DNA of 32,000 nucleotides from Gemmata obscuriglobus (GCF_008065095.1 NZ_CP042911.1:6840001-6872000); one strand, 5' to 3'; shown: positions 18,801 through 26,133, counted from the stretch's first letter. Made by a program: numbers and translations. The notes: generated from the sequence alone by a model not told the origin.

Positions 18801-21800
18801 GGCGTCGGCGGGGCCGACCTGAGCGGGTTCGTCTCCCTCAGCACCCTGTTCACCGACGCCCCCGGCGGCACCGCCACCTGGACGTTCGACGCCGGCCCCA
18901 ACTACGTTTCCGCCAGCGGCTCGGTGTCGATCATCATCTCCCCGCGGGGGGGGGCCTGGGTGACCGACGCGGCCGGCAAAACGTATGGCGACGCGGACGC
19001 CGCCTCACTGACCACCGGCGCCGGGAGCGGGTTTGTTGAGGCCGATGGGGTGACGGCCACGTACACCCGGCAGGCCGGGGAGAACGCGGGCAGTTACGCC
19101 ATCACCGCCACGCTGTCCAGCAGCCGGCTGACGGCCGCGCAACTGGCGGCCAACTACTCCATCATCAACACGGGGGCCGTGTACACCATCGGCCGGCGGG
19201 CCGCGTCCGTTTCGGCGGACGCGCTGACGAAAGTCTACGGCGACGCGGATCCCGTTCTGACCGGCACCCTCAGTGGCTTCCTGCCGGGCGACGGTGTGGC
19301 CGCCGCCTACACACGGGCGGCAGGCGAGTCCGTGGCCGGCGGCCCGTACGCCGTCACCGCCACACTCAACCCCTCCGCGGCGCTGGCGAACTACGACGTG
19401 ACCTACACCGCGGGGAGCCTGACCGTTACCCCGCGCGTGCTGACGGTGACCGCGACGGCGTCGGACAAGGTGTACGACGGCACGACTGCGGCGAGCGCCA
19501 CGCTGACCCTGGGGAACACGGTGGCCGGCGAGGTCCCGACGGCCACGTTCACGTCGGCTGTGTTCGGCGACAAGAACGCCGGCACCGGTAAGACGGTGAC
19601 GGTGTCCGGGGTCGCCCTGGACCCGGCGTTCGCCGCCAACTACACGCTGAGCGGGGTAACGACGGCGTCCGCCGTCGCCAGCATCACCGCCAAGGCCATC
19701 AGCGGGACGTTCACCGCGGCCGATAAGGTGTACGACGGCACCCGGGCCGCGACCGTGCTCACGCGGAACCTGGGCGGCGTGATCGGCCAGGACGCGGTGG
19801 CCCTGACCGGCGGCACCGCCGCGTTCGCCGACAAGAACGCGGGTGCGAACAAGTCTGTGTCGCTGACCGGGGCGACCCTGACCGGGGCCGATGCCGCCAA
19901 CTACACCCTGACCGGGGTTGCCGACGCCGCCGCCAGCATCGCCCAGCGGGCGCTGACGGTGGGCGCGACGGCGTCGGACAAGGTGTACGACGGGGGCACC
20001 GCGGCGAGCGCCACGCTGACCCTGGGGAACGCGGTGGCCGGCGAGGCCCCGGCGGCCACGTTCACGTCGGCGGTATTCGCCGACAAGAACGCGGGTGTGG
20101 GCAAGGCGGTGACGGTGTCCGGCATCGCCCTGGACCCGGCGTCCGCGTCCAACTACACGCTGAACGGTGTGACCACGGCGTCGGCCGTCGCGAACATCAC
20201 GGCAAAGGCCATCAGCGGCGCGTTCACCGCGGCCGATAAGGTGTACGACGGCACCCGGGCCGCAAATGTGCTCACGCGGAACCTGGGCGGCGTGATCGGC
20301 CAGGACGCGGTCACCCTGACCGGCGGCACCGCCGCGTTCGCCGACAAGAACGCGGGTGCGAACAAGTCTGTGTCGCTGACCGGGGCGACCCTGACCGGGG
20401 CCGATGCCGCCAACTACACCCTGACCGGGGTTGCCGACGCCGCCGCCAGCATCGCCCAGCGGGCGCTGACGGTGGGCGCGACGGCGTCGGACAAGGTGTA
20501 CGACGGGGGCACCGCGGCGAGCGCCACGCTGACCCTGGGGAACGCGGTGGCCGGCGAGGCCCCGGCGGCCACGTTCACGTCGGCGGTATTCGCCGACAAG
20601 AACGCGGGCGTGGGCAAGGCGGTGACGGTGTCGGGGATCGCGCTGGACCCGGCGTCCGCGGCCAACTACACGCTGGGCGGGGCCACCACGGCGTCGGCCG
20701 TCGCGAACATCACGGCGAAGGCCATCGGCGGCGCGTTCACCGCGGCCGATAAGGTGTACGACGGTGGGGCCGTGGCTACCGTGCTGAGCCGCAGCCTGGG
20801 CGGGGTGATCGGCCAGGACGCGGTCACCCTGACCGGCGGCATCGCGGCGTTCGCCGACAAGAACGCGAGTGCCGGTAAGACGGTCACCCTGACCGGGGCG
20901 ACTCTGACCGGGGCTGACGCCGCCAACTACACCCTAACCGGTGTTGCCGACGCCGCCGCGGCCATCGACCGGCGGGCGCTGACGGTGAGTGCGACGGCGT
21001 CGGACAAGGTGTACGACGGGAGCACCGCGGCGAGCGCCACGCTGACCCTGGGGAACGCGGTGGCGGGCGAGGCCCCGGCGGCCACGTTCACGTCGGCCGC
21101 GTTCGGCGACAAGAACGCCGGCACCGGCAAGGCGGTGACGGTGTCCGGGATCGACTTGGACCCGGCGTCCGCGTCCAACTACACGCTGAACGGTGTGACC
21201 ACGGCGTCGGCCGTCGCGAACATCACGGCAAAGGCCATCAGCGGCGCGTTCACCGCGGCCGACAAGGTGTACGACGGTGGGGCCGCGGCGACCGTGCTCA
21301 CGCGAACACTGGGCGGGGTGATCGGACAGGACGCGGTCACCCTGACCGGCGGCACCGCCGCGTTCGCCGACAAGAACGCGGGTGCGAACAAGTCCGTGTC
21401 GCTGACTGGGGCCGCTCTGACCGGGGCCGACGCCGCGAACTACACCCTGACCGGGGTGGGCGCGACCACCGCTGGCGTGGCCCGGCGGGCGCTGACGATC
21501 ACCGCCACGGGCACGAACAAGGTGTTCGACGGAACCACCGCGGCGGCCGTCACCCTGGCCGACAACCGGGTGGTCGGGGATCAACTCGCCTCGGGCTACA
21601 CGTCGGCCGCGTTCGCCGACCCGAACGTGGGTACTGGTAAGTCGGTGACGGTGACCGGGATCAGTGTGACCGGCGCCGACGCCGGCAACTACACGTTCAA
21701 CACCTCCGCAACGACCACGGCCAGCATCACCCCGGCCGCCGTAACGATCGGGCTGGCCACCGACCGCCCGGTCGCGGTGCCGGGGCTGGCCGTCACGTTC

Positions 21801-22736
21801 ACCGCCACCGTCGCCGCGGCCAACGGCGCTCCGGTGACCGGAACCGTGACGTTCAAGGACGGGAGCACCGTGCTCGGCACCGCTCCGGTGGTGAACGGCA
21901 AGGCGGTACTGACCACCGACGCCTTCCAGTACGGCAACAAGACGATCACCGCGACGTTCGCCGGCGGCGGCAACTACGCGGTCCCGACCGCCACGGCCTC
22001 GGTGGGCGTGTCGGTGGTGCCGGCGGCGATCCTGCCGGACCCGGTAACCGGGCAGAACGCGCTGTTCGTTGGCGGCACCGCAGGCGATGACGAGATCGAG
22101 GTGCTGGGTATGAGCAACAACCGGTACGCGGTGGAGGTCGGAAGCGGGTGCTGGAAGTTGTTCGATCAGACGCTCACCGGGGTGGTCGCCCGGGTGGTGA
22201 TGTACGGCGGGGCCGGCAACGACGCGATCGTGGCGAACGGCAACGTTCGGGTGCCGGTGTTCGCGTTCGGCGGGGCCGGCAACGACATCCTGGTCGGGGC
22301 CGAGAACGCCCCGAACGTGCTGGTCGGCGGGGCCGGCAACGACCTGCTCTACGCCGGCTGCGCACGGGACATCCTGATCGGCGGGGCCGGATCGGACCTG
22401 CTCTTCGGGCGGGCCGGTGACGACATGCTGATCGGCGGCTCGACGGCGTTCGACGCCAACGAGTCGGCCCTGTGGGGCCTCCAGGCGGAGTGGAACTCGT
22501 CCCGGGACCTCGGCACCCGGGTGGCCAACCTGCGCGGCACCGGGACCGGCCCGCGAGCGAACGGTAACGCGTTCCTGGTGGCCGGCGGGCCGGCCGCGAC
22601 CGTGTTCAACGACGGGGCCGGTGACTTCCTGTACGGCAGCAGCGGGCGGGACTGGTACTTCGCCAACACCACCGGCGGCGGGGTGCTGGACGTGATCGCC
22701 GGGCTCCGTGGGGATGACCTGCTGACCGAGTTGTAA
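12894..22736 (+). CDS. Giant (3280 aa) modular secreted/surface protein: N-terminal LEDR motif, 5 beta-helix plus choice-of-anchor-Q-like modules, MBG(YGX) domains, 9 YDG domains, Ig-like domain, RTX Ca-binding repeats
   Basis: ATG 12894 is in frame with track ORF 12294-22736. The upstream 600 nt overlap the sigma gene in antisense and are discarded. Motifs seen: LEALEDRAVPA; repeated GADTITFAPGVAGGTIVLT..LTD..TIDGG..VTLDGN; GGGIYN.GTLTVSASTIANNSA beta-helix rungs; NGGPTQTIALLP.SPA..DQRG..R..DIGAYE; K.YGDADP...GD....TR..GE..G.Y (MBG); KVYDG..A (YDG); and GGAGNDxLx repeated 5 times near the C-terminus. Confidence 0.85.
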   Translation: MPVRSWVRKLFDRTPARPIVRPRSKLAVEALEDRAVPATFAVTSLLDNGSAGTLRWAVDQANGTAGADTITFAPGVAGGTIVLTGGQLALTDSAQTTIDGGATGVTLDGNNASRLVFVSPGASAALNRLTITRGRADNLDGGGIYNSGGTLAVSASTITNNSASFGGGISNFNGTLTVTASTVANNSATVGGGIYNSGSAAVTVSTVAKNYAGSAGGGIHNVGGAIAVSASTIANNAVRIGDGAFGGAGIYNSSGTATLASTILTDGTAGDNLSASSANNLLVGSGSVGGLSNGANGNVVVPTADAAGLDPVGLKDNGGPTLTIALLPTSPAIGAGPFAGGATVDQRGYGRPAAGNIDLGAYQTTAAPREADSLVVTTTADAVNAFDGVTSLREAVEYANARAGADTITFASGVAGGTIVLTGDQLTLTDAAQTTIDGGAAGVTLDGNNASRVLFVGTGASAALNHLTITRGRTLDGAGIYNQGTLTVSASTIANNNASFGGGISNYGTLTVTGSTVANNGSYHGGGIFNRASATVTASTIANNYADDSGGGISNVGGTIAFLSSTITNNAASRVSGGGGGGIYSSGATTTLTSTILTDELVGADLSASSANNLLVGSGSVGGLSSGANGNVVVPTVAAAGLDPAGLKDNGGPTQTIALLPGSPAVGGAATNAGATDQRGVARDARPDIGAYEFTDFRPSLVVTTLADEDDGTSDSRFGSGTSLREAVEYANAHPGADTITFAPGVAGGTIVLTRGQLALTDADQTTIDGGAAGVTLDGNRASLVLFVGTGASATLNHLTITRGWGDGSGGGIHNQGTLTVSASTIAGNRANYGAGGGIYNQGTLTVSASTIAGNWAIHGGGIYNRGTLTVSASAIAGNSAVLYGGVCNDGGVLTVSTSTINNNSADISYGGIYNSGSAAVTASTIANNSARDAGGIYNYGGTLTVSASTITNNAGGIQNSSGTVTLTSTILTDGYTGNDLSASSANNLLVGSGSVGGLSNGANGNVVVPTVAAAGLDPAGLKDNGGPTQTIALLPDSPAIGAGPFAGGETVDQRGYGRPAAGNIDLGAYQTTAAPREADSLVVTTTADAVNAFDGVTSLREAVAYANARAGADTITFAPGVAGGTIVLTRGQLALNDSAQTIIDGGAAGVTLDGNNASRVILVSYGATAALNHLTITRGRDDNYDGGGIYNQGTLTVSASTIANNSARVGGGISNYGTLTVTGSTVANNWGYHGGGIFNHVSATVTASTIANNYADDSGGGISNVGGTIAVSASTITNNTVRIGGGAAGGRGIYSSGATTTLTSTILTDGFVGYNGLSASSANNLLVGGGSVGGLSNGANGNVVVPTVAAAGLDPAGLKDNGGPTQTIALLPDSPAIGAGMAGAGATDQRGVARDTRPDIGAYEFVAYRPSLVVTTLADEDDGTSDPGFGSGTSLREAVAYANAHPGADTITFAPGVAGGTIVLSRGQLALTDADQTTIDGGAAWVTLDGNNASRVILVSYGATAALNHLTITRGRADNYDGGGGIYNQGTLTVTASTITNNSATVGGGISSIGSAAVTASTIANNSADNSGGISNYGTLTMSSSTVANNSANSFGGGISNYGTLTMSSSTVANNSANSIGGGIYNRGTLTVSASTIANNLSRYIGGGGIYSLGSILTMSASTVANNSVLSGKGGGIYLDSGILTVSASTIANNSANSGGGIYLDGGILTVSASTIANNSASNGGGIFNQGMANLPRTTLTSTILTDAFGGDDLSASSANNLLVGSGSVGGLSGGLNGNVVVPTAAAAGLDPAGLRDNGGPTQTIALLPTSPAIGAGGAGTTTTDQRGVARNANPDIGSFETQASTVGVTIAGGVYRGTAYTVTAATVAGTNGATLASFGSPALTYTYYAGALTAAQVAAATPLADAPINVGTYTVVATFTSDALGYRSAVSSPVSFTITPATAFVVVADSAYEYDGQAHGASLVQAVGVGGADLSGFVSLSTLFTDAPGGTATWTFDAGPNYVSASGSVSIIISPRGGAWVTDAAGKTYGDADAASLTTGAGSGFVEADGVTATYTRQAGENAGSYAITATLSSSRLTAAQLAANYSIINTGAVYTIGRRAASVSADALTKVYGDADPVLTGTLSGFLPGDGVAAAYTRAAGESVAGGPYAVTATLNPSAALANYDVTYTAGSLTVTPRVLTVTATASDKVYDGTTAASATLTLGNTVAGEVPTATFTSAVFGDKNAGTGKTVTVSGVALDPAFAANYTLSGVTTASAVASITAKAISGTFTAADKVYDGTRAATVLTRNLGGVIGQDAVALTGGTAAFADKNAGANKSVSLTGATLTGADAANYTLTGVADAAASIAQRALTVGATASDKVYDGGTAASATLTLGNAVAGEAPAATFTSAVFADKNAGVGKAVTVSGIALDPASASNYTLNGVTTASAVANITAKAISGAFTAADKVYDGTRAANVLTRNLGGVIGQDAVTLTGGTAAFADKNAGANKSVSLTGATLTGADAANYTLTGVADAAASIAQRALTVGATASDKVYDGGTAASATLTLGNAVAGEAPAATFTSAVFADKNAGVGKAVTVSGIALDPASAANYTLGGATTASAVANITAKAIGGAFTAADKVYDGGAVATVLSRSLGGVIGQDAVTLTGGIAAFADKNASAGKTVTLTGATLTGADAANYTLTGVADAAAAIDRRALTVSATASDKVYDGSTAASATLTLGNAVAGEAPAATFTSAAFGDKNAGTGKAVTVSGIDLDPASASNYTLNGVTTASAVANITAKAISGAFTAADKVYDGGAAATVLTRTLGGVIGQDAVTLTGGTAAFADKNAGANKSVSLTGAALTGADAANYTLTGVGATTAGVARRALTITATGTNKVFDGTTAAAVTLADNRVVGDQLASGYTSAAFADPNVGTGKSVTVTGISVTGADAGNYTFNTSATTTASITPAAVTIGLATDRPVAVPGLAVTFTATVAAANGAPVTGTVTFKDGSTVLGTAPVVNGKAVLTTDAFQYGNKTITATFAGGGNYAVPTATASVGVSVVPAAILPDPVTGQNALFVGGTAGDDEIEVLGMSNNRYAVEVGSGCWKLFDQTLTGVVARVVMYGGAGNDAIVANGNVRVPVFAFGGAGNDILVGAENAPNVLVGGAGNDLLYAGCARDILIGGAGSDLLFGRAGDDMLIGGSTAFDANESALWGLQAEWNSSRDLGTRVANLRGTGTGPRANGNAFLVAGGPAATVFNDGAGDFLYGSSGRDWYFANTTGGGVLDVIAGLRGDDLLTEL
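13005..18420 (+). repeat. Five ~1.0-1.3 kb coding modules arranged as an alternating ~2.1 kb super-repeat
   Basis: Module starts are at ~13005, 14004, 14985, 16127 and 17121. Junction types alternate between DLGAYQTTAAPREADSLVVTT and DIGAYEF..RPSLVVTT. 13935-14056 is identical to 16058-16179 (122 bp, offset 2123). Confidence 0.8.
14622..14632 (+). repeat. G11 homopolymer inside the giant gene (codes part of SGGGGGG)
   Basis: Read directly: c-ggggggggggg-c-ggggg-c at 14621-14639. A second G9 run lies at 18946-18954. Confidence 0.9.
19434..21485 (+). repeat. Four tandem 513-bp (171-aa, two YDG domains) coding repeats
   Basis: Unit starts are at 19434, 19947, 20460 and 20973, and the next, diverged unit starts at 21486, all spaced exactly 513 bp. 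19801-20095 is identical to 20314-20608 (295 bp, checked base by base). Confidence 0.9.
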
Positions 22737-22748
22737 CGGTCGGTCGGT

Positions 22749-22782
22749 GGCCGCCCCGGGGCGCATGTCTCCCCGGGCGGCC
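22749..22782 (+). terminator. GC-rich hairpin immediately after the giant gene stop (possible terminator, no U-tract)
   Basis: ggccgccccgggg - cgcatgtct - ccccgggcggcc forms a 12-bp stem with one bulge, 13 nt after TAA 22734-22736. It is followed by gccgcagcc rather than a T-run. Confidence 0.3.
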
Positions 22783-23189
22783 GCCGCAGCCGGGCCGCGA
22801 GTGCCGGGTCATTACCGGGCAGTCCGGTTGCACGTGATTCACCACGAAGCCGGAAGGGTGTGCTGCTGCGACACGGTGCGCACGGAACGGGTGCGTTCGC
22901 CCACAAGTGATGCGGGGCACGAGAGGCGCCGCAGGACGCTGAGTTATCGGTTTGACGGCGCGGCGGCTTGAAATGCTGCCGCATCACCTTCATTTCTTGC
23001 ACGACCCATGGAGAGCTTTACGTTTGACAAGGCGGCTTCGCCAACCGAACGACCTCCGCCTCATTTGTGCTCATCGGCCGGTGGGTGGCGCAGCCCGCGC
23101 CAGGGGAAGTTGATGCTCACTTATGAATAAATGAGCCGCATACATTTAAGATCTATCAAGCGGCGACGGCGCGATCCGTCCGCGTCCCA

Positions 23190-24023
23190 CTACTTCCTCG
23201 GTGACCGGTCGTGTTCGCGCAGTTCGGGCAACCGGTTCATCACCCAAGACAGTAGCGCGCCGTAAGCGCCTTCGTACTCGGCCAGCCGCGCGCCGAAATG
23301 CGCGGCGCGGGCGCCCGCCGCGGCGGTCACGCTCACCGCGCACTCGTCTTCGACGAACCGGAACACCCCCTTCAGATCGCCCGCGGTCTCCGTGGTGCGA
23401 ACGGTCGCGACCCACGACAGATAGCAGCGGTTCGGGTCGAGGCTCTCGAGATCCGGAATCAGCCCGAGGTCGGTCGAAACCTCGAGCAGTTCGCCGTGCT
23501 TGCCGAGGTTGCGCAGCAGCAGCAGCGGATCCATGCCGTCGGTCAGCAGCCGCGGCCCGGGCGTAATTGTCACGCGGTAGACGTGCGCCCCTTGGGGTCC
23601 CGGAGCAACCGCCGGCGGGCGTGCTTCTACCGCGCCCGAACCGCACCCGGCCGCCGTGTTGAGCGCAACAACGAGATCCGCGTCCGCCGAAGCGGGTTCG
23701 CCGGCTCGGGCCGCGGCGAACAGCCCGTGCAGCCCGTCCACCGCGCGCAACAGCAGGTCGATGCGATCGCGCGTGACCGGGAGCTGGCCCTTGCGCAACT
23801 TGTCGAGGAGCTGCTCCAGCGAGTGCGTGAGCCGGGTGATGGCCTCGAAGCCGAACACCCCGCTGCCGCCCTTGATCGAATGAGCCGCACGGAACACCGC
23901 GTTCAGCACCTCGGGGTCCGGGGCGCCGTCGCCGGCGCCCAGGAGCCCGGACTCGAGGGCCGCGAGGTGCTCGCCCGCCTCGTCCAGGAAGGTGTTCAGC
24001 AACTGGTCCATTTCGACTGGCAT
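23190..24023 (-). CDS. Hpt (CheA P1-like) phosphotransfer protein without a kinase core
   Basis: ATG at 24023, 277 aa. The P1 signature is LNAVFRAAHSIKGGSGVFG, with its His codon at 23880-23882. It is followed by HVYRVTITPGPRLLTDGMDPLLLLRNLGKHGEL...LDPNRCYLSW...VFRFVEDEC, a segment I recall seeing after P1 in some full-length CheA proteins. No P3 dimerisation, HATPase or P5 sequence follows. Confidence 0.8.
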   Translation of the reverse strand: MPVEMDQLLNTFLDEAGEHLAALESGLLGAGDGAPDPEVLNAVFRAAHSIKGGSGVFGFEAITRLTHSLEQLLDKLRKGQLPVTRDRIDLLLRAVDGLHGLFAAARAGEPASADADLVVALNTAAGCGSGAVEARPPAVAPGPQGAHVYRVTITPGPRLLTDGMDPLLLLRNLGKHGELLEVSTDLGLIPDLESLDPNRCYLSWVATVRTTETAGDLKGVFRFVEDECAVSVTAAAGARAAHFGARLAEYEGAYGALLSWVMNRLPELREHDRSPRK

Positions 24024-24034
24024 CGGTCCGCTCG

Positions 24035-24400
24035 CTAGGGGAGCAGGTCGGTAACGACCTGGACGAGTTGCGCGGCCTTGAACGGCTTCACGATCCACCC
24101 GGTCGCGCCCGCGGCCTTGCCCTGCTGCTTCATCTCGGTCTGGGACTCGGTGGTGAGCAGGATGATGGGGGTGGACTTTAACTGCGGCCGCGCGCGCGCC
24201 TGCTTGACGAACGTGATCCCGTCCATCACCGGCATGTTGACGTCGCTGATGATGACGTCCACGCGGGCGCCGGCGAGCTTGTCGAGGGCCTCCTGACCGT
24301 TGCAGGCCTCGATCACGGTGAACTTGGCGTCCGACAGGGCCATGGCGACCATTTGGCGGAACGTGAGCGAGTCGTCGACGATGAGAGCGGTTTTCGCCAC
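24035..24400 (-). CDS. cheY: CheY-like single-domain response regulator
   Basis: ALIVDDS, VIISDVNMPVMDG, ILLTT and IVKPF cover all REC acidic-pocket, T and K positions. The track start is TTG 24415. GTG 24400, preceded by GAGGA, is more likely. Confidence 0.85.
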   Translation of the reverse strand: MAKTALIVDDSLTFRQMVAMALSDAKFTVIEACNGQEALDKLAGARVDVIISDVNMPVMDGITFVKQARARPQLKSTPIILLTTESQTEMKQQGKAAGATGWIVKPFKAAQLVQVVTDLLP

Positions 24401-24411
24401 GAGAGTGGTCC

Positions 24412-25392
24412 TCAAAAGAATTCCATGGAACCCGGGGTGTCGTCACCCGCGGGGCCGGCGTCGTGCCCGGTGACGCGGTCCAGAACGCGCCGCTCGGACT
24501 GCATGGTGGCCCGCGCGCGGAGCCGGTCGAGGAGGGCCGCCGCGCCGGCCGCGTCCCCGGACGCGAGCACGGCTCGGGCCTCCCGTAGGGCCGCGGCGAC
24601 GTGGTCCAGTTGCTGGTTCACCGCGTCCTGGAACTGGAGCGCGGTCATCGCGTCCTCGATGTCCCCGGCCAGCCGCTCGGCGTCGGTCGCGGACGCGGCC
24701 ACCAGCGCCTGCATCTCGGCCTGGGACCGGGCGAGCGCGTCCAGCGCGCGGGCGCCCTCTTCGCGGCTGAGGTCGGCGGCCCGGTTCAGGTCGGCCGCGG
24801 TGTCGCTCTTGAGCAGCCCGGCCCGCATCCGCTGGGTGCTCTCGCGCACCTCCTGCCACAGCCCGTCCACCATCCCGCGGATCGACTTGGCCGTGGTGCC
24901 GATCGCTTCCGCCTGGCGCCCGGTCTCGGCGGCGACCACCGCGAACCCGCGCCCGGACTCGCCCGCGCGGGCGGCCTCGATGCGCGCGTTGAGGGCCAGG
25001 ATGCGCAGCGCGTACGAGACCCCGTCCAGGTCGCCGAGCGACCGCTCGATGCGGTCCACGCGGGTCGCGATGCCCTCGAGCCGGCGCAGCGTCTCGACCG
25101 CCTCGTCGGTGGCCCGGCGCACCTGGTCCATGCGGCCGAGCAGCGCCGTGATCGTGGACCGGGCGGCGGCCTGCGCGTCCGCGTCCGTGCCGCCGTCCTG
25201 CCCGGTCGCGCGGGCCGCGCGGGCCGCGCTCTCCTTCGACCGCCGCGCGATGCTCACGAAGCTGGTGCAGACCTGGGTCACCGCCTCTTCGACGTGCCGC
25301 GCCGTGTCCCCGATTTGGGTCGAAAGCGCTTCGAGCACCACCCCGATTTCGGGTGCTCCCGCGACGCCGGAACTGGTGCCTGCCTGAACCAT
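24412..25392 (-). CDS. Short soluble methyl-accepting-type signalling-domain protein (no TM, no HAMP)
   Basis: ATG at 25392 (MVQAGTSS...), 326 aa. The hairpin-tip signature is [26 protein letters not shown]. No hydrophobic segment is present. The track ORF extension to 25710 overlaps the STAS gene and is discarded. Confidence 0.75.
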   Translation of the reverse strand: MVQAGTSSGVAGAPEIGVVLEALSTQIGDTARHVEEAVTQVCTSFVSIARRSKESAARAARATGQDGGTDADAQAAARSTITALLGRMDQVRRATDEAVETLRRLEGIATRVDRIERSLGDLDGVSYALRILALNARIEAARAGESGRGFAVVAAETGRQAEAIGTTAKSIRGMVDGLWQEVRESTQRMRAGLLKSDTAADLNRAADLSREEGARALDALARSQAEMQALVAASATDAERLAGDIEDAMTALQFQDAVNQQLDHVAAALREARAVLASGDAAGAAALLDRLRARATMQSERRVLDRVTGHDAGPAGDDTPGSMEFF

Positions 25393-25421
25393 GTGCGTTC
25401 TGCCCGCGGCCGTTGGGCCGG

Positions 25422-25730
25422 TTACGAATCGAGGACCTCGCCGAGCCCGGCGCGGCGCAGGTGCGCGGCCGCCGCGTCCTGAACGCTTTCCATTGCGAAC
25501 GGTAGCCCGCGATCGCGACACGTGCGCCGTAACGCGATCAAAATCTGCACTGCCCCAGTGGGCAGGAACGGCGCGGCCGCGCAATCGACGGTCGCGCCGC
25601 GGCTCGCACGAACCGCCGCCCGCGCGGCGCTGAGCAGGTCGGCCAGTTCCGCCGGTTCGAGGTTCTCGTTCAGGGCGATGTGTGCGGGCCCGCCGCACCC
25701 GGCTTGGCACTCATCTGTTTTCTTCATCAC
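25422..25730 (-). CDS. STAS-domain (anti-sigma-antagonist-like) protein, first gene of the minus-strand che operon
   Basis: ~101 aa, with GTG at 25730 and ATG at 25727. The layout is LNENLEPAELADLLSAARAA....TVDCAAAPFLPTGAVQILIALRRTCRDRG..FAMESVQDAAAAHLRRAGL, which resembles STAS/SpoIIAA-like proteins. The call rests on pattern similarity only. Confidence 0.55.
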   Translation of the reverse strand: MMKKTDECQAGCGGPAHIALNENLEPAELADLLSAARAAVRASRGATVDCAAAPFLPTGAVQILIALRRTCRDRGLPFAMESVQDAAAAHLRRAGLGEVLDS

Positions 25731-26133
25731 GTCACCACGACCGGCCGGCGCGAGTCAGTTACGTTGACATCAAAACTGATAGCACCGTTGTGGGTCCCGG
25801 AGCGTGGGTGCAGAAATTAATTATGGACATAAACGGCAAGTTTTGTTGTGAGCACGTTTTTCATGCGGCTGTAACACGTTTCGCTGAGGCAAAACATGAA
25901 AAGTGCACAATTATTGACAATTTGAGAATAAGTTATCAATTTACCCTTCACCTCAAATTGCCAGGAAGTTTGGCGTTCTAGCTATTTCACATTAGCCGCA
26001 GCCAATTTCGCGGGCGGAAGAGCCACCAGCCGGACAAGCGACGGGGCGGCGCCAGCCCCACTTGCCCGGCCCTTTGTCAACCGCAACGGCCGCAACTGGC
26101 GCGGGTGGAGTTCTTCTCTCACCGGAGACGCAC
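25731..26133. promoter_or_regulatory. A/T-rich divergent control region between the two che operons
   Basis: G+C drops markedly across ~25760-26000. TTGACA hexamers lie at 25764 and 25914 without good -10 partners. GGAGA at 26123-26127 lies 6 nt upstream of ATG 26134. Confidence 0.4.

Noticed and set aside
19403-21391. Eight back-to-back ~83-86-aa minus-strand ORFs with strict periodicity
   Set aside because: They are an artefact of the 513-bp coding repeat, because the antisense of the recurring ...AACTACAC... creates a stop followed by a start each half-unit. They are not a gene array.
13000-21500. Regularly spaced repeats that might be mistaken for a CRISPR array
   Set aside because: The repeats are hundreds of bp long, lie within one continuous ORF and encode protein domains. 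There is no short repeat and unique spacer structure and no cas genes.
20934-22766. 610-aa minus-strand ORF
   Set aside because: It is the antisense shadow of the YDG, Ig and RTX part of the giant gene.
23115-23136. An A/T-rich hairpin (gctcactta-tgaa-taaatgagc) as the terminator of the Hpt operon
   Set aside because: The stem is short and mismatched, lies ~55 nt past the stop and has no adjacent T-run on the relevant strand. It is too weak to call.
24415-24429. C-terminal SMEFF of the short MCP as a CheR/CheB-tethering pentapeptide
   Set aside because: The canonical pentapeptide is NWETF-like with a Trp at position 2. Here only the terminal Phe matches, which is insufficient.
23190-24446. 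418-aa track ORF treated as one gene
   Set aside because: Its first 141 codons overlap cheY in another frame and are Arg/His-rich nonsense. The Hpt protein starts at ATG 24023.
25393-25710. N-terminal extension of the soluble MCP ORF (24412-25710)
   Set aside because: It overlaps the STAS gene out of frame and has an Arg/Gly/Pro-rich composition. ATG 25392 gives a sensible start.
25705-25720. A sigma-54-like TGGCAC element
   Set aside because: The -12 partner is TGTTT rather than TTGC at the right spacing, and it lies inside the STAS coding region.
25764-25942. TTGACA hexamers at 25764 and 25914 as sigma-70 -35 boxes
   Set aside because: There are no acceptable -10 hexamers at 16-18 nt spacing (gttgtg and caattt), and planctomycetal promoter consensus is uncertain. 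The region is kept only as a generic regulatory region.
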